Origin: Macrostomum lignano
Taxonomy: Eukaryota
Assembly: GCA_002269645.1 (NCBI GenBank)
Contig: NIVC01000506.1
Coordinates: 1-64,000 of the forward strand
Length of the DNA: 64,000 nt
Reading direction: 5' to 3'
Positions within the stretch are counted from its first letter, which is position 1, and each line of letters starts with the position of its first letter. A model generated the notes under the pieces. The model made no database searches and was not told the origin of the DNA. It saw only the letters and a list, made by a program, of their open reading frames with translations. The translations under genes and the position numbers were made by a program. This document shows, in pieces, positions 1-14,163 of this stretch.

Positions 1-124
1 GTCTAATAAGAGTTGGCCTCAGAATTTGGGATAAAAATCGCAGATTTCCCATTGGGTATTGATATGGCAGCGGTGTCCAATTGGAAGAACAGAGTGATAG
101 AAAATTTCTAATTATGGGATCATA

Positions 125-660
125 ATGACAGAAATTTCCCAATTTAGGGGATCAAAGTGACAGAAATCTCCCAAATTTAGGGGACCAAAGTGACAGAAAT
201 CTCCCAATTTAGGGGATCAAAGTGACAGAAATCTCCCAAATTTAGGGGATCAAAGTGACAGAAATCTCCCAATTTAGGGGATCAAAGTGACAGAAATCTC
301 CCAAATTTAGGGGACCAAAGTGACAGAAATCTCCCAATTTAGGGGATCAAAGTGACAGAAATCTCCCAAATTTAGGGGATCAAAGTGACAGAAATCTCCC
401 AATTTAGGGGATCAAAGTGACAGAAATCTCCCAAATTTAGGGGACCAAAGTGACAGAAATCTCCCAATTTAGGGGATCAAAGTGACAGAAATCTCCCAAT
501 TTAGGGGATCAAAGTGACAAATTTCAAAATTTAGGGGATCAAAGTGACAGAAATTTCCCAATTTAGGGGATCAAAGTGACAGAAATCTCCCAAATTTAGG
601 GGATCAAAGTGACAGAAATCTCCCAATTTAGGGGACCAAAGTGACAGAAATCTCCCAAAT
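125..660. repeat. 32/33-bp tandem minisatellite (AGGGGATCAAAGTGACAGAAATCTCCCAATTT) in the intron upstream of the SET exon
   Basis: About 16 units read directly. The GGGACCAAAG variant recurs at 181, 311 and 441 (130-bp four-unit period). The array ends next to the acceptor CCGCCAG at 671-677. Confidence 0.95.
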
Positions 661-677
661 ATAAATCTCCCCGCCAG

Positions 678-1762
678 CTACCGCCATGAGCAGGGCATGG
701 GCGCTCGCATCGTGTCCACCCGAGACTGGCAGGCGGGCGAGTCCGTCTCCATGCTGATTGGCTGCGCGGCCGAGCTCACGCCTGACGAGGAGCTGCACTA
801 CCTGCGCCCGGGCGTTAACGATTTCTCAGTGATCTACTCAAGCAGGAGGCAGCGCTCGCAGCTGTGGCTGGGCCCTGCCGCCTACATCAACCACGACTGC
901 GAGCCCAACGTGGAGCTGGCGCTGCAGCCTGCGACTGGCAGCGGCGCCGCGTTGCACTTCTACAGAACCATCCGGCCGATCAAGCGGGGCCAGGAGGTGC
1001 TGCTATACTATGGACCCGACTTCTTCGGCCCCGGCAACTGTCAGGTGAACGAATGGCTGTCCGTGGGATCCAGAGAGATACTGAATTCCCGAAGGAGCTT
1101 GACCCATTTTTGAAGGATCTGGAGTGCAGCTTGACCCTCCCCTGAAAGATCTGGAGTGCAGCTTGACCCTCCCCTGAAGGATCTGGAGAGCAGCTTGACC
1201 CTCCCCTGAAGGATCTGGAGTGCAGCTTGACCCTCCCCTGAAGGATCTGGAGTGCAGCTTGGCTTGAGAAGTCTCACCCGCTTCCCCCGCCTCCCTGCAG
1301 TGCGAGTGCGAAACCTGCGAGCTGCGGGGCAGCGGCGCCTTCGCCCGAACAGCCGCGGCTGCCAGCAAGCCGGCACCCCCGTCTGCCTCGCCGCCCCTGG
1401 CGCCGACTTGTTCGCCCGCTGCGGTGCTGCCCGTGCCGCCGGCGTCGCTGCCGCAGTCGGCAGCTCCGGTAGCGAGTCACCAACAGTGCTTAAACGGCAG
1501 CGCCACAACCGCTGCTGAAGCGCCGCGCCGGCGCCCGTCCTACTCGCTGAGGGACACGGCCGTCCGTCTGAGCAGTCGGCGCCGGTTCAATGGCTCCGCC
1601 ACCCTTGGCGCCGACGATCCGCAGGCGCTGCGAAAGCCGAAGCTGGCCGCTTCGTCGGCATCCGCAAAAGCGGCTTCGACAGAAAAAGCGGCGTCGTTGG
1701 CGGCAGCGGCGCGACACCGGCGGCACCAGGCTCGCGCAATGAAGAACTCCGGCAGACTTTAA
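678..1762 (+). CDS. suv4-20: SUV4-20/KMT5B-C-like histone H4K20 methyltransferase, 3' exons (678-1044, 1301-1762); 5' exons not found in the window
   Basis: SET motifs [41 protein letters not shown] and [15 protein letters not shown] phase-0 intron (GT 1045, CAG 1298-1300) joins to the post-[17 protein letters not shown] and later [10 protein letters not shown], matching the Suv4-20 CECxTCERRGTGAF and YxLRETxxRL patterns. Stop at 1760-1762. Confidence 0.9.
1112..1265. repeat. 32-bp tandem repeat (GAAGGATCTGGAGTGCAGCTTGACCCTCCCCT) x~5 in SET intron 1045-1300
   Basis: Units start at 1112, 1144, 1176, 1208 and 1240. Confidence 0.95.
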
Positions 1763-1884
1763 AATCACAGCAACGGATTGTTTGCATGAAACTCGATGCA
1801 GTTATTTGTAATAGGCAGCATAGCAACTGGATTTATTAGGGAATTATTTCAGTATAAACAAATTTAGAATAGCAAAAATTTAAG

Positions 1885-2755
1885 CTTTGTTGTCGCATAG
1901 CTAGATTTGGCTTAGCAACAGCATAGCAACAAGCTAGATTTGGCTTAGCAACAGCATAGCAACAAGCTAGATTTGGCTTAGCAACAGTATAGCAAGAAGC
2001 TAGATTTGGCTTAGCAACAGTCATAGCAACAAGCTAGATTTGGCTTAGCAACAGTCATAGCAAGAAGCTAGATTTGGCTTAGCAACAGTCATAGCAAGAA
2101 GCTAGATTTTGGCTTAGCAACAGCATAGCAACAAGCTAGATTTGGCTTAGCAACAGTATAGCAACAAGCTAGATTTGGCTTAGCAACAGCATAGCAACAA
2201 GCTAGATTTGGCTTAGCAACAGTCATAGCAAGAAGCTAGATTTTGGCTTAGCAACAGCATAGCAACAAGCTAGATTTGGCTTAGCAACAGTATAGCAACA
2301 AGCTAGATTTGGCTTAGCAACAGTATAGCAACAAGCTAGATTTGGCTTAGCAACAGCATAGCAACAATGTAGATTTAGCTTAGCAACAGTCATAGCAACA
2401 AGCTAGATTTGGCTTAGCAACAGCATAGCAACAAGCTAGATTTGGCTTAGCAACAGCATAGCAACAAGCTAGATTTGGCTTAGCAACAGTCATAGCAAGA
2501 AGCTAGATTTTGGCTTAGCAACAGCATAGCAACAAGCTAGATTTGGCTTAGCAACAGTATAGCAACAAGCTAGATTTGGCTTAGCAACAGTATAGCAACA
2601 AGCTAGATTTGGCTTAGCAACAGCATAGCAACAAGGTAGATTTAGCTTAGCAACAGTCATAGCAACAAGCTAGATTTGGCTTAGCAACAGCATAGCAACA
2701 AGCTAGATTTGGCTTAGCAACAGCTTAGTAACAATCTATATTTTGGCTTAGCAAC
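1885..2755. repeat. 30-32-bp tandem minisatellite (ATAGCAACAAGCTAGATTTGGCTTAGCAACAGC)
   Basis: About 28 near-identical units read directly, downstream of the SET stop codon. Confidence 0.95.
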
Positions 2756-3504
2756 TGCCGACAGTTTCAGGGCATCAGTGATCAAATTTTATTTCTTTAT
2801 TCATATTTGATGGATAAAGTTATGTACCAGTTCTTGTTTGCCAGTAGTGCGTTCTTTTTACTATGTAGTTTTGACAGTTTACGGTCAGGAACTGAATACC
2901 GTAGCTGATTAGCAAATATTTTATTTTATAGCCTTTCTATGGCCAGTCAGCCTGTCTATATCAATTTAAATTAACAGATCCAGGCCAGTTGAAGTCCTTG
3001 GCTAAGAAAGTACTCCTTGTTGGTGCCAAGTCGCGCGCTGTCCGTGTCAATGGATTGAAGACCCCCAGAGCTGGCATACTTTTCTGCTGTAGATTTCAGG
3101 TGAACATGCCGAGTTATACGCTCTCACATGCTACTTACAGTAATGCTTATTATTGCAAACTCTGATTATACAATATTAGTAAACACTGCGATATTCGCGT
3201 CTGTACCATAATAATGCAGCTTAGAAATATACAAAAGATTTTCTCTGAGACGATCGCAAGAGTGAATTTATTTGTTGAAAGCGCCAGAATGAGTGAATCA
3301 GTTTTAACAGAGGGAAAATATTATGCAAATCTATTGGGATACTAAATTTAGCACTGTCTCTCCAGGCTACACTGCATATCGATAAAAAATCGATAATTTT
3401 ACCTGTCAAAAAGCGCATCAGATTTCAGTCCCGGCCAACTGGAGCTACAGGAGTTGAAATTGAAAAAAATATCGAGAAGTTGCTTTAAAAGATATTAAAT
3501 AATG

Positions 3505-3750
3505 ATAATAACTGATTACACCTGCCCTAATAGTGCAATCTGAAGGCTGCGTACGGCTGTTCACTCCAACGACTGGGGGGTCGCCACACACCTTCAATTA
3601 CCTGTGCTAATTCCTGCATTATACAGCTGCGTGAACAAGCAATGCAGAGTTATTAGTGTCTTGCTCATGGACACAAATTGTTCCATTGGGATCGGGAATC
3701 GAACCCCCGACCTTCAAGTCCTGAGTACGACGCTCTGACCACTGGGTTTG
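3505..3750 (-). mobile_element. tRNA-derived SINE with CORE-like central segment (family A)
   Basis: Minus strand reads CCCAGTGGTCAGAGC (A-box-like) ... GGGTTCGATTCCCG (B-box), then TGTCCATGAGCAAGACACTAATAAC, resembling the CORE-SINE motif. Its 3' part (TGATTACACCTG.CCTAAT...GGGGTCGCCACACACCTTCAATTACC) recurs at ~18450-18542. Confidence 0.65.
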
Positions 3751-3884
3751 TGTTCACAGCTGGAACTGGAATCCAATGCGTTTTTTGACAGAAATCTTAG
3801 TCTAAAAATGATCTTAAAGCTCAGAAGTCCAACTATCGACGAGATTGCAGTGCGAGCGTATTTAAAGTATAATACTGGCAAATT

Positions 3885-6800
3885 CTAGCCGGTCTGGATT
3901 CTCACAGCATCCTCTCCTCCATCATCATCGGTCCATTCTTCCTCGCCGTCGAGCAGCCGCTGCTGCTCCTCAGCCGCAGTTGCCGAGGCCCAGGGCTGCA
4001 CCTGGGCGGAGCCGAAAGCCAGGTAGCCGAGGCAGCCGGCCAGCACGATGCCGGCGCTCAGGTAGAACACCTTCAGCCAGTTGGAGCGCACACTGGCGTG
4101 GTTGGTGAAGCCGCCGACGATCACGGGGGCCACCATGCCCGGCACGGTTGCCAGGGTGTTGCTAAGGCCGTGCAGGGTGCCGGCGAAGCGCGGCGCCAGG
4201 TCCAGCTGGTTCGGCCCGAAGCCGCTGACGATGAAGCCGGACAGGCCGACCGCGGCCGTCAGCACGGCGATGGCCGGGCCGCGGCGGCAGCCCAGGTGGC
4301 CGACCAGGGCGATGCCGGCCGCGCCGCCGACCGCGCCCAGCGCGATGCTCAGCTTGCGAATGGCCGTCACCCCCAGCCAGCCGCGGCTGCGGGTGGCGTC
4401 GGCCAGGAGAGCCGTCAGGTTGGAGGTCGCCCACAGGACGAGGTAGGGCAGGGCGGAGACCAGGCCGTCCTGCGGGGCGCGGATGCCGACGATGTGGAGG
4501 GTCGCTGTGCTGGGCGTGTGCATTTTTGGCGCCCTTTATTTCACTGGTTTTTAAGCCCCCTCTCGCCTGTTTTAATGCGCTCACACCTGTTTTGGCACCC
4601 TCACACCTGTTTTGGCACCCTCACACCTGTTTTGGCACCCTCACACCTGTTTTGGCACCCTCACACCTGTTTTGGCACCCACCCTCACACCTGTTTTGGC
4701 ACCCTCACACCTGTTTTGGCACCCTCACACCTGTTTTGGCACCCTCACACCTGTGTTTTGGCACCCTCACACCTGTTTTGGCACCCTCACACCTGTTTTG
4801 GCACCCCTTACACCTGTTTTGGCACTCTCACACCTGTTTTGGTTGGCACCCCTTACACCTGTTTTGGTACCCTCACCTGTTGTGGCACACCTTACACCTG
4901 TTTTGGACCCCTCACACCTGTTTTGGCACCCCTTACACCTGTTTTGGTACCCTCACACCTGTTTTGGCACCCTCACACCTGTTTTGGTACCCTCAAACCT
5001 GTTTTGGCACCCCTTACACCTGTTTTGGTACCCTCACACTTGTTTTGGCACACCTTACACCTGTTTTGGCACCCCTTACACCTGTTTTGGACCCCTCACA
5101 CCTGTTTTGGCACCCCTTACACCTGTTTTGGTTGACACACCTCACACCTGTTTTGGTTGGCAACCCTTACACCTGTTTTGGCACCCTCACACCTGTTTTG
5201 GTTGGCACCCCTTACACCTGTTTTGGTACCCTCACACCTGTTGTGGCACACCTTAAACCTGTTTTGGCACCCTCACACCTGTTTTGGACCCTAACACCTG
5301 TTTTGGCACCCTCACACCTGTTTTGGCACACCTTACACCTGTTTTGGCACACCTTACACCTGTTTTGGACCCCTAACACCTGTTTTGGCACACCTTACAC
5401 TTGTTTTGGACCCCTAACACCTGTTTTGGCACACCTTACACTTGTTTTGGACCCCTAACACCTGTTTTGGCACACCTTACACCTGTTTTGGACCCCTAAC
5501 ACCTGTTTTGGCACACCTTACACCTGTTTTGGACCCCTAACACCTGTTTTGGCACACCTTACACTTGTTTTGGACCCCTAACACCTGTTTTGGCACACCT
5601 TACACTTGTTTTGGACCCCTAACACCTGTTTTGACACCCCTCACGCCCTCACGAATTGACAATATGACCTGTCTTTAAGCTTTCCGTGTAGAACTCCTGT
5701 TTGCTCCGGTTTTCTGTCACTGCCTCTTGCTTGCTTTCCGGTAAATGGCAGACACTGACTACAAACGTTCGGTGCATTCGTGACTCACCTCGGTCAGCGG
5801 TATGCTCAGAACATCGGCAAAGAAGGTGGGCAGGCAGGTCAGCAGGGTGTAGAACTGCCAGTTGTAGGCCATGTGCATGCCGATCATGCTCAGCACCGGT
5901 CCAGAGGTCAGCATCGCCTTCAGCGGCACCGCGGCAAATCCGCGCTAGGAATGGCAATGATTTTCAAAGATTGTCTACTTGATAGTAAGAGTTAAGCTCA
6001 TACATTTAGGCATAAAATAAAACTTGATTCTAATCATTTAGTAAATTTAGTTTAATTTTTGGCCTCACTCAGGCCAGGTAATTAGCGACATCCGCACTGC
6101 CCTGAAACTAGCAGTCACTTACGAGCGTATCTCTTATCTGTCACTTATCTGTCACTCATATCTTATCTGTTACTCTTATCTGTCACGTATCTCTTTTCTG
6201 TCACGTATCTCTTATCTGTCACTTATATCTGTCACTCATCTCTATCTGTCACTCTCCTATCTGTCACTCTCCTATCTGTCACTTGTCTCTTATCTGTCAC
6301 TTCTTCCATGTGTCACTTATCTCTTATCTGTCACGACATCTGTCACCCGTCTTTTATCTGTCACTCGTCTCTTATCTGTCACTCGTCTCTAATCTGTCGC
6401 TTACTTTTATCTGCCAATTATACAATTTACAATTATTAAAACTCGCCATCTTAGTTTTCTCCCATATCTGTCACTTATCTCTTATTTGTCGCCTACTAAA
6501 ATTCACCATGTTAATTTCAAGGACTACTCGAATACAATAAAAGGACGGGATTCGGGAAACGTTTATAAAAAAACTGGAGGCAGTTTTACCGACAACGGGG
6601 ACTTTTTCCCTTTATTCTGCACAAAAATTGGTTAATTAAGGAAGGCCCGGTGTTCATCTATCGATAGAGCACTCTGGGGTCCGCCTCCTATCAAAAGCAA
6701 TAACAATTTTTGTGCTTTTCTCGGTAAAACCGGCCTCCTTAAAGTTTCCAAGAATCAATAGTTTACCGTGCTACTTGAGTAGTCCTTGGTTATTTTTATC

Positions 6801-9492
6801 CCATATCTGCCGCGTATTTCTATCTGTCGCTCATGCAATTATTTAAACCATGTTAGCTGTCAGCCAAGCCAAGCAGATGAAGAAACGGATTACCCTGTCA
6901 GCAGGCTGGCCGCCCCCGCGCACCAACACCTGGTGCTTGAGGCTCTCTTGAATGTAGGTCAGCTCCTCCCGGCTGATCCAGGGATTGGCGGCTGGCGAGC
7001 TGTGCGCCAGAATGCTCCAGGCGATGAACCATGCGATGCCGGATGCACCTGGAGTATGATAATCGTTTGCGAGCGTTGCTATGCGTGATTGCTGCTATTG
7101 GAACTGTTGCTATGCCGATGGCCCTGGGAACTCACCAAACGTGTAGAACACTGCTGGCCAGCCGCCAAGGAAATCGGTGGAGCACAGGTAGCCGCTGAGC
7201 GGCAGGCCAATCACCGTGCCCATGTGGCTGCCTGCTCGAGTAGGAATCATTTGGCGATTGGTTTCCTGTTAGTTGCTATGCGGATGATTGCTACGCAACT
7301 GCGTAGTAACTGGGTTTTTACTAGTAGATGACTGCTACAGGGTATGCAGATGTTTGCTACGCGGATGATTGCTTTGCTGAGGGTTGCTATGCGGATTGCG
7401 GATGGTTGCTTTGCTAAGGGTTGCTATGCGGATGGTTACTTTGCTAAGGGTTGCTATGCGGATGGTTCCTTTGCTAACGGTTGTTATGCCTATGCGGATG
7501 TTTGCTGTTGGTGGGGAATGGTGGTTGCTATGCGCATAGTAGCTACGCGGATAGTTGCTATATGGATAGTTGCTATGCGAATGGTTGCTATGCCGATGGT
7601 TGCTATGTTGATGGTTGCTATGCGGATGTTGCTATGCAAATGGTTGCTATGTTGATAGCTGCTACGAGGATGGTTGCTGTGCAGATGGTAGCTATGCGGA
7701 TGGTTGCTATGAGGATGATTGCTATGTGGATGATAGCTATGCTGACGGTTGCTATGCGGGTGCTTAAGACTAACTTTTAAACTTTCGCGTACCTGAAATG
7801 ATGAAGACGGCCATGGTGGTTCTCTCGACCGGCGGCGCCCACTGGCTCAGCATGGCATTCAAGGAGGGAAACGTAACGCCCTGTCGAGATCGGGATGAAC
7901 TTAGAGTTATGAGTACGGATTTTTGAAAAAAAATGCAGAAGTTCAGAGCCCTCGCTGACCTCGCCGACGCCCTCCAGCACGCGCAGGCAGATTAGGGCGG
8001 CCACGCCCCAGTGCGCAGCCAGGGGGGTCAGCAGCGTCAGGGCCGCGGTCCACAGAATGCCGATGCCGAGCACCCACTTGGCGCCGAAGCGCTCGGCCAG
8101 CAGGCCGCCGGGGATCTGCGTGACGATGTAGCCCCAGAAGAATGAGCCCAGAATCAGGCCCTGGGTCTGCTCGTCCCAGCTGAACTGCCCGGCCTGCGGG
8201 GCCAACGTCGGATCAGGGATGCACCGGTAGGGGGCAAAATGCATGGGGGGCAAAATGCATGGGAGGGGCAAAATGCACCGGTAGGGGGCAAAATGCATGG
8301 GGGGGGCAAAATGCATGGGGGGCAAAATGCATGGGGGGCAAAATGCATGGGGGGAAATGCATGGGGGGGGGCAAAATGCATGGGGGGGGCAAAATGCATG
8401 GGGGGGCAAAATGCATGGGGGGAAATGCATGGGGGGCAAAATGCATGGGGGGTAAAATGCATGGGGGGGGCAAAATGCATGGGGTAAAATGCATGGGGGG
8501 CAAAATGCATGGGGGGGGGTAAAATGCATGGGGGAAAATGCATGGGGGGTAAAATACATGGGGGAAAATGCATGGGGGGGGGGTAAAATGCATGGGGGAA
8601 AATGCATGGGGGGAAATGCATGGGGGGGGTAAAATGCATGGGGGAAAATGCATGGGGGGGGGCAAAATGCATGGGGGGGCAAAATGCATGGGGGAAAATG
8701 CATGGGGGGGGTAAAATGCATGGGGGGAATGCATGGGGGAATGCATGGGGGAAAATGCATGGGGGGGAGGGTAAAATGCATGGGGTGGGGCAAAATGCAT
8801 GGGGGGAAATGCATGGGGGGCAAAATGCATGGGGGGCAAAATGCATGGGGGGCAAAATGCATGGGGGCAAAATGCATGGGGGGCAAAATGCATGGGGGGC
8901 AAAATGCATGGGGGGCAAAATGCATGGGGGGGGCAAAATGCATGGGGGGCATAATGCATGGGGGGCAAAATGCATGGGGGGCAAAATGCATGGGGGGCAA
9001 AATGCATGGGGGGGGCAAAATGCATGGGGGGCAAAATGCATGGGGGGGGGCAAAATGCATGGGGGCAAAATGCATGGGGGCAAAATGCATGGGGGGCAAA
9101 ATGCATGGGGGGCAAAATGCATGGGGGGCAAAATGCATGGGGCAAAATGCATGAGGGGCAAATGCATGGGGGGATGTATCGGGGAGGTCAGAATGCATCA
9201 GTTGAGCAAAATATGATGAACTCGAATAGCTTAGAAGCAACAAAAGAAATCGAGCCAAATCCCTCGGCTTACCCTCGCAGCCGATGTGTCATTTGAAGCA
9301 GAGTCAGGCGGGCAGACCTCGTCATCGCTGGGCGCTGGGCGATCGCTGATTCAAACTCGCAGGCGATATCCTCCCCGTTGCGTTTACCATGGCAACCAGA
9401 GCTACGCTGAGGTTCACGCGCAGCATGTACACGATGGCGAAGCCCATGAAGCTGAGCACGCATAGCAGAGCGCGCTGGCTGACCGCCATCAT
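3885..9492 (-). CDS. SLC17 family (sialin/VGLUT-like) MFS anion transporter; exons 9492-9273 (or 9492-9388), 8193-7960, 7880-7793, 7231-7136, 7048-6894, 5944-5789, 4469-3885
   Basis: Motifs [78 protein letters not shown] and [11 protein letters not shown]. Exons 2-7 have GT-AG junctions with matching phase and total 1314 nt (in frame). Exon 1 to the strong donor is 220 nt, one base out of frame (see findings). Confidence 0.85.
4580..5635. repeat. 18-21-bp minisatellite (CACACCTGTTTTGGCACCCT) in the last SLC17 intron
   Basis: Direct reading; explains the HPHTCFG/LAPSHLF pseudo-ORFs. Confidence 0.95.
6130..6490. repeat. Degenerate TATCTGTCAC-core repeat in an SLC17 intron
   Basis: Repeated TCTTATCTGTCAC motifs. 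Confidence 0.75.
6576..6738. mobile_element. Possible small MITE with ~17-bp inverted ends
   Basis: GGAGGCAGTTTTACCGA (6576-6592) versus TCGGTAAAACCGGCCTCC (6721-6738, reverse complement GGAGGCCGGTTTTACCGA). No second copy or clear TSD seen. Confidence 0.35.
7260..7765. repeat. Degenerate ~15-bp repeat (GGTTGCTATGCGGAT) in an SLC17 intron
   Basis: Direct reading. Confidence 0.85.
8225..9175. repeat. ~16-18-bp G-run minisatellite (GGGGCAAAATGCATGG) in SLC17 intron 1
   Basis: Direct reading with variable G-run length; explains the PPMHFAPH pseudo-ORFs. Confidence 0.95.
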
Positions 9493-11171
9493 TCGCTGTG
9501 TTGTGCTATCAGTGCTGTGCAGCTGAGCGAAGTACTCTGTGCACTAACATTAGTTTGCCTGACCTATTATTGCACTATTTTATAATGCTAAACTGAGTGT
9601 CTAATACTCGTACTTACTAAGCACAAGGCAAAGGTAAATAAATGCTATAAAATTGTTTCGAAAAGTCAAAGTGGTTTAGTGTTCTGTAACTGACTCCTGA
9701 CCTGGCTCTGAACTGGTTTTGGTTAATAGGACGCACACACGCAACAACACTATCTATACACGCGAACCTCTCTCGGTCTAGTCTAACCCAAAGAGCTGGG
9801 GGAGGGCCGACTCGTGTTTAATTGTGGCGGGCGGAGTTTCTTACCCGACCCCTCTGTTCCGCGACAACACCCCCCAATGTACATACTTCCCAAGTGTACA
9901 TACAGTAATGAATGTACACTATAGAGAAGTGTACAATTCTCTCTTGGTCGACGTTCTCCAATGCCCGCAGTGCTATGGCCAGATATCTTTTTTATCAAAT
10001 TAAAAGCTTAAAGTACTGATTTTTTTTATCAGTTTTTAAACCTTAAGAAAAATACTTCAAACATATAATTTCGATTTTTTGCTGCTCCTGAAAGCAAAAC
10101 AGAGTCTACTTTGGTCGCCCTCGAAAAATATTGTAATTGTAATTGTTCAATTAAAACAGCACCCTCAAAAGTTCAATCCTAACCTTAGCAATAGCATTCA
10201 CTCGTATCAAGAACCACGGCTAGTACATTCACATTCTGGGCTTCTAAAATTAAAGTAGTGCTTGTGCTTATTATATTAATGCTAATTATTCTTATACCTT
10301 TTGAGCTCGAGAAGATTGATAAGAAACCCCCTCTCCAGTTCACAGTTGTATTTTTTCAAAGGACAATTCTTTCAATGAACTTTTGAACGCACCTCCAAGC
10401 AAACGCATGCAAGTCCCTGAAAATGAGTCCAGCAATAAAAACCATACTATTCTACTTGCAAACAGTAGCGTATCTAGAATTTAATTAGAAAAGGAGAACA
10501 TGCAGAAAAATCTGATATGAATTTTCGCGTAAGCGGTCCCTAAATCAGCAATCAGATTGCACTTTATCCTGCCGACCGGAGCTGCATTTAAGAGACCAAT
10601 TGAGATGCCAGAAATGCAAAGAAAGTCCGCAGTTAGCTTGAAATTAAGTTGCTCAAACTCAATTTTTATTTATTTATATTTTTTTGCGAAAGCGTCTGTG
10701 CTACAAGCTAAAACAACATTAATTCGATTTTTTGTTTATTGATGAGGCAGCTTTGAGCTGCTGTCGGGAAACTGTACGAGTTAGCTCGTACTTTTTGTTG
10801 GCCTGCTGCAGGTTGCTGCAGTTTTAATGCTGGGAATTGGATCGATCGCTGCGATTTAGCGGCCGAAAGCGCTGCAGAAGACGAGTGAGAAAAGCTTTCT
10901 TTGCAGATGTCAGCAGCAGTTCCTGCATGATTCATGCGCGAAATTCAGGGCAGAACGTAATTGCCAAATGCTGGGCTGCAGCCACCGCAGGTCTTTGATG
11001 CCACTCTGCTCCCGCACCCAGCGGGCTCATTGTTGACCAGAACCGTCTTGGGAGCGAAGAGCAGATAAATTTTTTTGTTCTGGGATTTGAAAGTGCAGAC
11101 AGGAGTGACTAATGGGCTTTATAGACAGCTTTAACATTTTATACAACTGTTGAATTCTCGGTTTCTGCTGT

Positions 11172-11495
<324 letters not shown>

Positions 11496-12728
11496 ATATC
11501 GGCATATTTGCTAGAATGCATGCTCTGAACGCGCCCGAGTCGAGCAGGTTCGCAACCAGCTGCGATCCGGCTCCCAGTCAAGGTTAAAACTCGGCAAGCC
11601 CCCCTTCCGAGAATTAATTGGCAATGTCGATTCCAGCATTTCTCGTCACCTTTCACAGGAAATTTCACAGGAAATTATTCCTGCCGCCAAGCAGACGACT
11701 TTCCGAAGATCACAGAGACACAGCAATGTTTTTATTGATCTTTCCGATACAGCGGGCTGCCTGCCTCCCGCAGCCAGTTGCGAAGCGCAGCAACGGGGCA
11801 CGCAGATTTCTTAGAAAAAAACCGCGGCCTTGCCGGCTCTGCCGCCCGCTGTTTGCTTTCCTTTCTGGCGCCTTTGCACCCGGCAGTTTTAATTCTCAGG
11901 AGATTCGCATCTTCATCCCATTCCTGTTTTACTAATCCGGCAACGCAGTTCCATGGGATCAGCCCCACCCCGCCCCCCGATTGCTCTCCACCCATTATTT
12001 ATCTGCCAGCTCCTCTCCTCATCTCCCTTTTCTCCTCATCCATTTTCCTTTTTTTCTCTCTATTCAGAAATCAGAGCAAAGCTAAGTTAAGCAGAGTTGG
12101 CCGCGGTTAGCACTGGGATGAATAGGCTGCAGTGCGCCACCGCGGGTCTGGCCCCCGTTTTTGTTATCTTCATCTTTTTGAAACCAGTCATTTTTCTCCC
12201 CTGATCCCAAGTTTCTCCTAAAAACGCCAAACTGAGTGCAACAATGGCCCAGCTTTCTGTAGCGGAGATTCCGCTCAAGCCTCACCAAAGCAAAGCCCGA
12301 AGGGATTCAATTTGGCAAACAGCCCCGGGGGTCTCCCCGGATTCAGAAGAATTTCTCCCGTGGAATCTGCGCCAGTCAGTGAAATCCCGAGATCTCTGGG
12401 CCCTGAACTGGATTGATCGGCCCCAGGAGCAGATTGGTTTTGTTTTAATCCCAGAAAATATCTGCGGGAAAAATTTACTCGCGTGTTGAAGCTGCGCCTC
12501 CAATTGCGGAGCTCCGCATTTCATTGAAATTTTTATTTCCTGCAGCCCTGCCTGCCAATTGCTTTCACTTAATTAATTAGCCGATTCATGGACTCTGGCA
12601 GCCCCGCATCGGGCCGGCTGCAGCCCTCGGCGGCACGACTTGACAGTCTCAGGCCCGCTGCTTCCAGGAGCGGAAATCGGAGATTTCTGGGACTGGCGAC
12701 CGGCTTGCCTCTACCGGGCTGATGAGAG

Positions 12729-13312
<584 letters not shown>

Positions 13313-14163
13313 GTCGCCTGAGCATGCGCAGCTGTCGCACTCAAGCTATCAGCCAGTCTGCATGAAGTTTCCTCACTGAGAAAGTTCTTTGAAATTTTCC
13401 TTGCCAAAACTGCGTGAAAGCCGAGAGACGCTCAGGTAGAGCAGGTGAGCTCGCCTGCCCAGATCGGACACGCGCCGGCAATGGGGGATAATTCGGAGAG
13501 CTGATGGGAGAACAGCAGATCTTCAGAGTTCAGAGAACTGTTAAGGCAGAGGCTGTAAACCCCGACTCAGTCATCTGCAAGAATTAGCTGAGTAAAGCAA
13601 CTACTCTTTAGATGAAGCGGTGCAGCTCATGCAGGCAGCAATTTCGCATCGACCCCGCAAGATGATACCCGTTCGGTTCCTGCTGTATAACGTAGAAGGT
13701 CCTTGAGTGGACTAGAGGGAACAAAATTATACAAAACTATAAACTAAGCTTTCTCTTAGGTATGAAAATGAATGCGCTACACACGTGAGGCTGCGCTTGT
13801 AATTATTTTACTTTGGTCCGGGCTGTTACGGAAAAGTGCTGGAATTGAAACCGGAAGAAAACCGGCCATTCCACCCTAGCCGTTTTAGCTCGTAGTTTGC
13901 ATCCGGAATTCATTTGAACGGATAAGAGTTTTTGCTTAGAAATAGGGCCCGGGCTCTGATTGGCCCAGGGAAGTCACGTGCTGGGGTGGTGGGGGCAAAA
14001 AAGGGTGCTGTCACAAAAATTCTAAAAATAGCAACATTCTTTAGCCTATCAACCAATGAGATTTGCTCAGCCTGTTTTCATTCAAGTCAGCTCGTAGCTT
14101 GCAGCCCTCAGGGCGGCTTCAACTTTTGAAGTAAGTCACGGGTTCGCAGATCGACGCCTTGAC

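Noticed and set aside
3700-3750. Functional tRNA genes (also 17925-17990 and 27683-27740)
   Set aside because: A/B-box-like heads run into shared non-tRNA bodies and I could not fold a full cloverleaf; treated as SINE heads.
4526-9258. Long ORFs such as HPHTCFGT..., PPMHFAPH... and MHGGKCMG...
   Set aside because: They are translations of intronic minisatellites, open in several frames; only the segments matching SLC17 exons are coding.
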